This document shows, in pieces, positions 54,940 through 64,000 of a stretch of DNA of 64,000 nt. Position 1 is the stretch's first letter, and every line of letters starts with the position of its first letter. The notes below the pieces were generated by a model. That model made no database searches. It worked only from the letters and a program-made list of their open reading frames with translations, and had not been told where the DNA came from. The stretch is from Lama guanicoe (lineage: Eukaryota), in assembly GCA_013239625.1 (NCBI GenBank), contig MU054391.1, positions 6,841,824 to 6,905,823 of the forward strand, in the 5' to 3' direction. Both the position numbers and the translations under genes were made by a program.

Positions 54940-55595
54940 CCTGCTCTGTGAAAACACGTATGGGCCCTTTACATATTGCCAGCTGGCACAATATTAAGCT
55001 TTGTCAGTAGAGGGCGCTAGAGAGAGCTCGTAGGAGGGAAAAAGGTTTTGCTTGCTGGGCAGGTTCCTGCAGTTTGCAGCTCCTCTCCAGCTCCTGCAGC
55101 ACTAACAGCTTCTCACGTACATGTCTCCTGCAGCAGGTGTGGTTTTCCCAAAGTCTGGCTCCTACAGTTCACAGTGGCTAGCAGTTTTCCCTGGCAGCCC
55201 CCCTTGGCCAGTTTTGCAGCAGAGAGCCTTGAGGGAGGCACCTCCTGGGAACAGCTTTCCCCTGTAGCTAAGAGAGTGATTTCTGGCAAATTCCAGAGTG
55301 CAGATTTCCAGCAAGTTCCTCAGACACAGCACCACAGTGACTTCTGTGCTATCCAGTGGGCCGCGGCTAACCCTGCCCCTCCAATAAGATCTGGATCTCA
55401 GCCCTGGGGGTGGGTGAGGTCTGTGCCTCAGACTCTCTATCTCAGTCCTATGTGTAATGACTGCTCCTTATATCTGCTATTCCTGTATTCCTAAGCATTT
55501 TCTTCACTTCTTTTTAGCCAATCCTTTGTTACTCCAATCTCCTTTTATACTGAATAATTTTTATAATAATTATTTATATTAAATGGCTCAAATTG
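54940..55595 (+). mobile_element. ERVL LTR (LTR41-like) carrying a CTCF motif
   Basis: tgccagctggcacaatattaagctttgtcagtagagggcgctagagag, recalled as characteristic of the LTR41 group. Confidence 0.55.
55001..55019 (+). promoter_or_regulatory. CTCF motif
   Basis: TTGTCAGTAGAGGGCGCTA is a close match to TGGCCACCAGGGGGCGCTA. Confidence 0.65.
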
Positions 55596-55596
55596 T

Positions 55597-55940
55597 TATG
55601 TGGTTCTTTACACAATTGTCCAACAAAGATTCACTCCCTTCCCCTCAGTCTCTGTGGGAGAAGTGTGTTTTCCTGCCCCATCGATGTGGGGCTTGGTTGG
55701 CCATGTGACCTGCTTTGGCCAATAGATATGGGCAGAAGGAACAGTGCTCCAGTTCCCAGTGGAGGCCTTAAGAGGCATCATGTATTTCTGCTTGCACCAT
55801 CCCTCCAGCCTGGGCCCCTAAATGAGGCTGTCCAGTCCACAGACCTGTGAACTTGAGGCTATTATTAACATTTTAAGCCACTGAGTTTTCAGGGGTAGGG
55901 AAATTGTGAGCATTACTGTGGTAGTATTTGACCAGTATAC
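55597..55940 (+). mobile_element. MaLR LTR (MLT1I/J-like)
   Basis: ggccatgtgacctgctttggccaata...ttaagaggcatcatg...ttttaagccactgag. Confidence 0.7.
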
Positions 55941-56169
55941 TGCTCCAGGGGTAGCTGCTGCAAATACCAGATTGGACAAGTGGGAGAATTCATTCATTTG
56001 TGCCTTCACAATTCTGCCTAATATATTTGATTTTTTTCCCCTTTTATAATGGCACAAAGTGAAAATAAAGCACCCTTCACATTTTTTCTAAAACGTTTTG
56101 CAGTTCTGCATAGAGGTGTTTACATTTCACTTTATCATATTCAGCTCGTCTACTTAATATGTTGATGTA

Positions 56170-56518
56170 GGGGGGAAGGTATAGGTCAAGTGATAGCGTG
56201 CATGCTTAGGGTGCACGATGTCCTGGGTTCAATCCCCAGTACCTGCTCTAAGAATAAATAAATAAATAAACTGAATTACCCCCCCACACCCACACATAAA
56301 AAAAATGACCTGTTTTATACTGTATAGCACAGGGAAATATATTCAGTATCTTGTAGTAGCTTATGGTGAAAAAGAATATGAAAATGAATGTATATATATT
56401 CATATATGACTGAAGAATTGTGCTGTACACCAGAGAGTGACACATTGTAAACTGACTATACCTCAATAAAAAAAACAATCCATGAAAGCAGAACCAAAAA
56501 TAAATAAATAAAAATAAA
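56170..56518 (+). mobile_element. Camelid-type SINE followed directly by an L1 3' end
   Basis: SINE 56170-~56305, L1 tail ~56315-56475; outer TSD atgttgatgt. Confidence 0.8.
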
Positions 56519-56583
56519 ATGTTGATGTGAAGAATGCTATCAGTATTCTCACTCTGCAAGTCGTGGTTTTACATAGGGCATAC

Positions 56584-57344
56584 CCCATAATCTTCACAGG
56601 AAAAGGAGAGTGGGAAATATTAAATCCTTTCAGTTCTGTTCACTGTGTGTACTGGAAACAGCGGTTTCTAGAAGAAATGTCTTGATGCCACTGCCAAATT
56701 GTAGCTCATATGCATATGCCGAGTGAGCTGTTTTCCATGGGGACGACTCGTCCCGTTGGCGTCATCCTGCACAGCGAGCTGCTAAAGATACCGCGGTCTC
56801 AGTGCTGACGTCAAGCAGACAGGAGAATTCTACACAGCTGATTGCTTGCTCTCAGTCCCAAATTGGAAACATGAGCTTGCCCACATATGAGGTTCCAGCT
56901 AAGCTGACAAATGAATCCTCAAATGCTCTTTGTGATCACTTGTTTAAAAAAGCTCAAGTGATTTTTCATTGTCTCAACTGCTATGGAAGCTTGCCTAATA
57001 CAAAAGAAAAAAAAAAGAAAGAAAGAAAAAGAAAAAAAGAAGAAGAAGAAGAAAGAAAAGAAAACAAAAGGCAAAAAATCTAGTGGAATATTTCCGAAGG
57101 CAGGGCAGAAAGAACAAAGTATAAAAAAGGACAAGAAGCCCCACTGTTAAAAAAAAAAAAAAAGATGGAGATTCTTGATCAAGGAGCCACATTTTTAGGA
57201 AAGTGGGCTGTGCTGTGTTATTTTTAAAATGAGATGCCATGAATGACACACACTTTACAACATGCATTCTGTGTACTGACCTCTCCCCTGGTTTCATTTT
57301 ACTTTTCCGATCCTTATTTGCCCTTTGCCCCAATTTCCTTAACT
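56584..57344 (-). pseudogene. Two exon relics (~57281-57344 and 56584-56994)
   Basis: GAG|GTCAGT donor (phase 2) joins in frame to a long-pyrimidine-tract acceptor: LRKLGQRANKDRKSKMKPGER|QASIAVETMKNHLSFFKQVITKS. Confidence 0.5.
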
Positions 57345-57984
57345 CTTTTTAAAAAAAAAACTGTATTGCATATTTTTATAACAGGTTGGAAAGTCAATAC
57401 AATGTGAAGTGTTAATAAGTAAAAATGCCATATTTCAAAGTATTAAGGACCTTCTAAATTTGCTGTGACAGATTATTTTAGGTGAGAATATTAAAATATT
57501 TCATGTCAAATTAAATCCCCTAATTGAATATAAAAATATTTTAGATTTCTGAATATAGTTACCCCAGAATACATATTTATGTGTAAATATATATAAATAT
57601 ACACACATATATATGTAATGAGATATATAACACAAAATTTCAACTACAATTCCAGGGGTTGGAATTAAAATAGCTTTATTAAATAGTGAATTAAAACACG
57701 AACTCCAAAACCAGCCCCACTGCGTTAGTCAGATTGCTTTTCACCCGGTATCGTTACACGGTACGTATTCATACTCATACGTACACCTCAAGGGAAGACA
57801 GAATTGATCAGCGGCAGAAGAAATGAAACTAGGTAATAGTGCAGTTGTCACAATTTGATAGTTAATATTTGCCCCAACTTCTAAAGAGTTGCCCAAAAAT
57901 TAAGACCTTTTTTCATGGCTATAGCGTGAGCCAAAGGAATTCTAGAACTTCAAAACACATAGCCTAGTGAGGGGGTCACCCCAT

Positions 57985-58225
57985 CTCTAAAGGGAGTCTG
58001 GGCTGTGAGTCACACAGTCTTGGGTCCAACTCTTGGCTCTCGTGTTAACTAGCCGCGTAGCCCCGGGCAGGCATGTCACTTACCCTCTCAAGCCTCAGCT
58101 CTCTCACTTCTAAACTGAGGGTAATGACATCTACCTGGCAAGATAATGTGGAGATGAAACTATTCATATCTCTTACTCCAGCGACTGGCACATGACAAGT
58201 GCCCAATAAAAGTAGTCATTATTAT
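57985..58225 (+). mobile_element. MIR SINE
   Basis: gtcacttaccctctcaagcctcag...ctggcacatgacaagtgcccaataaa. Confidence 0.75.
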
Positions 58226-58340
58226 GAATAGATAATAATTACAACAGTCATAAAATGTTAAATGATTCATAAAGGCACAACTGCTCTAGGTGTCGCTGAA
58301 GTGGCTCCAGTTCACTGCCCCAGCAAGAAACAACGTTCAC

Positions 58341-58992
58341 CTCCAGCCCAGTTCTCCTTTTGTACCAAATTAAATCCTGCAGTGCAGCTAGAAGCATGAT
58401 TCTTTGAAAGTATTGTAAATATATTCCCAAAGTGAAATGCGAAATGAGAGCCTGTCTACAGACAGCCAAGTAGGCTTGTGATGACGTTTCTACTGAAGCT
58501 GTTATTAGAGGATCTGAAACAATTTTGCAAAGTACTGGACATGATGTTCTGCTACTTCGAAAGCTGACAAGTACTAGGCAATATATTTATTGCCTTGTTA
58601 AAAATAGCAGCCAGTGTCACGATCTTTTCTCATTCACCAGATGATATGATTGAACAAGTTACCATATGCTAAGTGGAAACAGATTTTTAAAGGCTTTTAA
58701 CTAAGTAGCATTTCACTATTTCCTTTAAGTCTGAACTTTTCCATCATGACTACATTTTTATGTATTCATAACACTGCCTAACCTAAGTCTCCCAGAAGTT
58801 GTTTATGAAATAGCCGAATGTAAAAATATCGTACAAAATGGGACAGCAGTTCGATGCATGGATTCCAAACTCTCTGTGAATGTCACCACGAGCCTGTCTC
58901 CCAGGATTGGTTTCTCTCCTCCTACGTGGTCTGCGGCCGACTCATATGCCTTTATCCCTGGTTTGGGCTTGGGTAGAATCCAGGTGCAAAAT
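58341..58992 (-). pseudogene. Two exon relics (58783-58992 and 58341-58668)
   Basis: Paired AG/GT signals; peptides CIELLSHFVRYFYIRLFHKQLLGDL|AYGNLFNHIIW and SQAYLAVCRQALISHFTLGIYLQYFQRIMLLAALQDLIWYKRRTGLE. Confidence 0.6.
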
Positions 58993-60112
58993 CTGCCATT
59001 TAGGAAGAATGTTTGAAGCTTTATTTACTTAGATCTTCTTTGATTTTTTTCATCAGCATTTTGTAATTTTCAGCCCACAGATCCTGTACATGTTTTGTTA
59101 AGTGTATAACCCAAGTATTTCATTTTCTATGGAGTAAATCATAAACGGTGGTAAGGCTAAGAATTTTTAAAAATCGAGTTATTAATAACAAAAAATAAAA
59201 TGCAAAGATCATAAATGTGCAGTTCAGTGAGTTTTAGCAATTGTATACACTGCCCCTACTCACTGAGACAACAGAGAGGGCATTTCTGTCACCACAGAAA
59301 GTTTCCAGCATCTCTTCTACCCCTTTCCAATCTGTTACTGATCCCATATTCTAACCCTTATCCCATAACGTTTTCTCAGTTTTTCCCCCGGGGCTAAAGT
59401 TTAATTCATGGAATTTTACGTCATCTTAGGATAGATTGTCCCACATAATGGTGACCCATCTGTAACAATTTACGTTGGAAGGGTGAGATACTGATGTCAG
59501 TTAAAATATTTGTGGCCCTGTTAAAAATATTTATTTTTATAAACATAAAAAGATATAAATTATTAATGAAATTAATGAATTTCATTAATAATTTATATAT
59601 ATTTATATATATAATGAAAAACATATTCTTGTAAGAGTGTAAGTGATAATTTTAATTGTGATAAAATATTTGTTTTGAACTTTGTGAGTCTGAAAGTTTG
59701 TTTTTCTGATAGGAACTTTAATTTTGTGTGTTTCAACTAGATGTGTAAAGAGAGATGGACAGAAATAAAACTAGGAAGAAATAAGGATGATCCTTTCCAT
59801 GTCTCTGCATTTTCCAAACTTCTCGTTACAACCAAACTGCTTTTAGAATAAAGCAACAGCATCAGGGTAAAAAATGTATTTTTTAAATAATGAAATTGAA
59901 TCCTTTTATATTTACTTTGGTCAAAGTGTCAGAGAAATGTTTTCATTTAAGAGGCCCCATGGTCTTTGAGCTGCGTGACTTGTCTGGTTTCTTCTCACAC
60001 AAACACTAACTGGCCCCTTTGTGTCCTTACATGGACTGTGACATGTTCTGGGAGAAGCTGAAAGATACCATTATAGACAAAAGAAAGTATTAAGCAGGTT
60101 GGTTTTACTCAC

Positions 60113-60493
60113 AGGAATAGGCAAAGTTCAGTTTCTCTAAGTTTTAATGGATACTTTCCAGCTTATAATACACAGTCACCCTCTAATTTCGTTTTCTCCC
60201 TCTGTATGAGGAAAAATGACTTGAGCTTTTAAAAACGTCCGCTTAGCAAAACGGTCCGGACACAGGTGCTGTGCTGGAATTACCTGGTCATGAATATTCA
60301 AAACCCCTCACAGCTGCTGACCAATCAGGCTTCAGTTAAGCAGCAAGCTAGTTGTTGAGTTTATATTTCATTTACATACATTTCACATTTGCTGATACCA
60401 TAAAATTACGCAAAAATGCCTCATTGATAACTATGCTACTGGATAAATCAGCTTAACTACTTTAAAAACTTTACTTATTAGAACCACTGTAAT
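60113..60493 (-). pseudogene. Two exon relics (60284-60493 and 60113-60201) separated by an 82-nt intron
   Basis: tttcattgtcag...CAG|GTAATT and tttttcctcatacag...CCT|GTGAGT. Confidence 0.55.
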
Positions 60494-60612
60494 CTGACAA
60501 TGAAACATTTCTTGATTGAACATTTTAAATAATAGAAATGTAATTGGTTAAGCTGAGTTACGGTCTGTTAACCTTTTTCAGGGTGGGGAGCTGCTGTAAC
60601 ACAAGTTTATAG

Positions 60613-60816
60613 CAGCACTGTTTACTGAACTTTCTGTGGGACAGAAATGTTCTCCATCTGTGCTGCCGACTGTGTGAGCTACCAGCCACACAGAACCACT
60701 GAGCACTTCAAATGTGGCTGCTGTGACTCAGGAATTGAATTTTATCTTCTATTTGATTTTAAACTAATTACAGCCTGGATTTAAATAGCCCCATGTGACC
60801 AGTGGCTACAGTATTG
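60613..60816. mobile_element. MER3-like hAT-Charlie element
   Basis: gaactttctg...gagcacttcaaatgtggct...ttaaatagccccatgtgaccagtggctac. Confidence 0.8.
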
Positions 60817-60825
60817 CATGGTGAA

Positions 60826-61066
60826 TTTTGTTTTTAATTTTTTTATTGAAGTGTAGTTGATTTACTATGTTAGCACAGCAAGGTGATTCGGTTTCACATA
60901 TGTACATACATACACATATACATACATACATATATTTTCTTTTCAGATTCTTTTCCATTATACGTTATTACAGAAAACTGAATATAGTTCCCTGTGCTCT
61001 ACAGGAGGTCCTTATTGTTTAAGTGTTTTGCATATAGTAATGTGTGTCTGTTAATCCCCAACTCCT
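60826..61066 (-). mobile_element. Artiodactyl-type L1 3' end
   Basis: ttattgaagtgtagttgattta...gaatatagttccctgtgct. Confidence 0.85.
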
Positions 61067-61915
61067 ATGGATTGTGAAGTTTTAAAGAGGAAGGTTCAAA
61101 CCAAAATAAAAGTCAGCTCCTACTTTATACAAAGTTTTTTGTCCTATATGAATTAGAAATTCAGTGTCTATCACTGAAATTTATCATTTTGCAAGAAACA
61201 AGAGGCCTACTGAAACCAAAGAACTGAAATGACACTTAACTTCTTCTTCATGTGATTTACAGACACATCAGACCAACCGAGAAAGGATTCCTTTTCTGAT
61301 GCAAAAGGAAGAGACCAGTTCAGTATAATTCACACTGCTGTAACTCCTGTGTAATTCATAAGTGGTTATTAGCCTGACGTGGCCTGAACACGATCACTAG
61401 CGATGAGTGTCATGTGTTTTGGTGTCAGGGGTTCATTTCCTTGGAATTATTTTTAAAACTTGATGTATTTCCCCTTACATTATTGAGAAAGGGGCATTTT
61501 CCTTTTGAGAATGACAGAGAGCTCCAAGTTGCACCATCTCTTGTTAATGGGAAGTTTACTTTCATCACTTTCTTCATGAAATTTGATGGCTCCTTCCTAT
61601 GTTTTCTGCCTTATTCTCCATTCCAGGCACAGAAACAGCTTTATGAGAAGGCTCGTTCTGTGCCATTATCACGAGGAAAATGTTATAAGCTCCAAGCAGC
61701 CGTATGGCACTTGGAAATGAACCCTGCCCCCATGTCCTCCCCTGTTGCTTTGTGTCCAGCCTGGCAGACCGGACGCTACTCACCACCACCCCACCAGCTC
61801 TGCCATCTTTCACGAGTCACTTGCAGTGAGATGAAGGGTGACATCTTCAAACCTTTGCTTGTCATTACACTCACGGGCTTTCTTTTAGATGTAAGAACAT
61901 CCGCATTCAGCTCAC

Positions 61916-62651
61916 CTTCGTGACAACAGGTCTGGGTCTGCTCTCAATGCTTCTCCTTCCCCAGAGGAGCAGTTTTTCCTGGAGACTTCTGAAGCCGTTT
62001 CACTGAAGACGTCGCACCCAGCTGGGTCCTCCAGGCTTTGTGGATCAAGACAACTGAACCAGTGTGCTCCCCTCGGCGGCTGCTCCCGAGACTGGCTGGG
62101 CCTGGAGGGCCATGTGCACACTGTAAACGAGACTGAGAAAGCCCTGGGGTTGCTCAGAAGTCTCCACACTGTCAGGCTGCTGCCTCTCCCTGGCAGGACT
62201 GCAAGTATAGCCACGGGAGAGGCTCAGCGCAGAGTAAAGATAAGCCCTCAGGGACGGAACAGTCACCGCAGTGTGTTCATTAACCACAAAACCGGCTCCA
62301 CCCTATCCCCTTCTTGGGCATAACGTTCCATACGAAATGGGCTTAACGGAACTGATACACGGGTAAGGACAGCTAAGCTCTTCTGACACTTAGTCCTGAA
62401 GACGGACAGCACTGGGGCTACTGAGTTTATATTTCATTTATATACATTCACTGTTAGGAAATTAACAGCAAATGTGTTACCATTTCTCACTTTCTTAATG
62501 GAACATAAAATCTGTGAATCAGTATCTGTTTCTCTGGGAACTCGTCTGGCTGCAGCTGGAGCTTTCACTGCAAGAAAAATCTGTTCACGGACGGCCAAAT
62601 GGTATGGATTAACTTGACCCATCACTTGCTAGCACACGGTCAGACAAGCAT
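61916..62651 (-). pseudogene. Large exon relic (may extend to ~61.1 kb)
   Basis: ctttgctgcttttaaag acceptor, AAG|GTGAGC donor; ACLTVC*QVMGQVNPYHLAVREQIFLAVKAP... Confidence 0.5.
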
Positions 62652-62710
62652 CTTTAAAAGCAGCAAAGTGCCCCCCGCCCCCACCATGTAAGGAGTCCCT
62701 CTGATGGATT

Positions 62711-62825
62711 TTTTAAAATGTTACTTTATTTTTATTTTTGGGGGGGAGGTAATTAGATTTATTTACTCTTTTAGAGGAGGTACTGGGAATTGAACTGAGC
62801 TTCCACTGAGCTATACCCTCCCTCC
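62711..62825 (-). mobile_element. Camelid-type SINE with internal deletion
   Basis: ggggaggtaattag...gaggaggtactgggaattgaac...actgagctataccctcc. Confidence 0.8.
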
Positions 62826-64000
62826 ACCTCCAATGAATCGATAAAGTTTCAAAGCATAAATATCCATTCAGGTACAGCCTCAAAACAGAATTCAAATCAG
62901 CCTCATTTCTATTAGATTTTTAAAATCTGTCAAATACTTACACAGTACTTACCATGTGCCAGCCTTTTATATTAAAAATACTTCAAAGGCAAGTACTTAG
63001 AAATATTAACTCATTTAATCCTTGTATAACAAGCCTATGCATTGGATTGCTTCTTCGGACACAGAGTAGTTGCATCTCCTTTTTACCTTCCCAAACCAGT
63101 CCCCATCAAGTACTAGAGTCAAACCATGAACCCGGCCTAAACAAACACTTGTGTTCCAGAGCAATTCCAAGTCACTCTTTGAAGTTTAATCAAAGTGTTT
63201 AAAAGCAAAACCCCCTAGTCAGTAACTTCAATGTAACCTATACACTTTAGTCTAAAGTGGCTGAAGCAGAAAATAAAAATAATCTTGTTTCCTTGCCACT
63301 AACTTCTCTCTTCAAGCCCCCTCCACAACCAGGAGGGGAAAACCTGAATGCTTATTTTAAGCCAGATACCCTGTTTCCCCCCCTCACACCGACCACTTTA
63401 GTGGGTAATAGCCCTGAGATCAGAGGGGTTAATTCAAGGACTTCAAGGCTTCTGCTATTAAGTGGAAGATCCAGGATTCAAGCCCCCTTCGCCCCTCTTT
63501 TTGAAGGTGGGGACCTTGCTTGTCTGTCTTTGCATACCCAGTACTTACACGTAACGTACACTTGTTGGATGAATGAACAATCCCTGGCGCCGATTCTCAC
63601 TAGATGACTGACTCTGCAGTAATCTCTCTCAAATACGAATCTGACCTTACCACTGACTGATAAACCACCACCACCCTGTATCTCACAGGAACTGGAGAGT
63701 CTTGGAAACTCTATGACAACGTTTTTCAAACTGCAGCTTATGAGTGATTAGGCCTTTACCATTGTTTAAAATAAAAAATGAAATGGAATCCACAGAAGAG
63801 TGTATTGCAAGGTGGTGAGTGTTGTCTGGGAAACATTTGTGTGCATGCTGGACGTTTAAAATGTGGTCCTCACCAAAGGTTGTAGGCGAACTTTGAAAGC
63901 CGCGTTTGCAGCACTGAGTCCCTCACAGTCCTTTGACCTCTCTTTGCCTTTACACGTATTATTTCCTCATCTAGAACATTCTTCTCCTTGCCCTGTGTGG

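Larger units (their letters stand above)
9808..63710 (-). pseudogene. Large decayed multi-exon protein-coding gene (candidate unitary pseudogene, identity unknown); may extend beyond the window end
   Basis: About 30 minus-strand segments with paired acceptor/donor signals, reading frames with only isolated stops, several runs of phase-compatible junctions, and transposons falling between rather than within the segments. Confidence 0.7.

Noticed and set aside
56802..57134. Lys/Glu-rich and Phe-rich ORFs
   Set aside because: Produced by an A/G-rich low-complexity tract (~57002-57080), which is the minus-strand pyrimidine tract.
61000..64000. E2F6 or GREB1 exons, expected from human synteny
   Set aside because: No recognisable E2F6 or GREB1 peptide; they presumably lie beyond the window.

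Overview
Mammalian genomic DNA, most likely camelid, judged from at least eight short tRNA-derived SINEs resembling the camelid Vic-1 family. The first coding exon of ROCK2 lies on the minus strand (CDS 3604-3744, 47 codons, GTAGGT donor) inside a CpG island (~3.3-4.8 kb); bases 1-3603 are ROCK2 intron 1. The ~60 kb upstream looks like repeat-rich intergenic DNA (SINE, L1, L2, MIR, MLT1, LTR16/ERVL, LTR33/41, MER). Read on the minus strand, however, the unique DNA between the repeats holds about 30 segments bounded by AG/GT splice signals. These have stop-poor reading frames, and many join in matching splice phase, from ~63.7 kb down to ~9.8 kb. I interpret this as a large decayed multi-exon protein-coding gene (candidate unitary pseudogene) directly upstream of ROCK2 and on the same strand. 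I cannot name it; there are weak RGS-like and dsRBD-like motifs and an internal repeat. Exon calls and repeat family names were made by eye and need computational confirmation. Other points of interest: a strong-Kozak uORF in the ROCK2 leader, two SINE+L1 composites each inside a single target-site duplication, and an LTR-borne CTCF motif.
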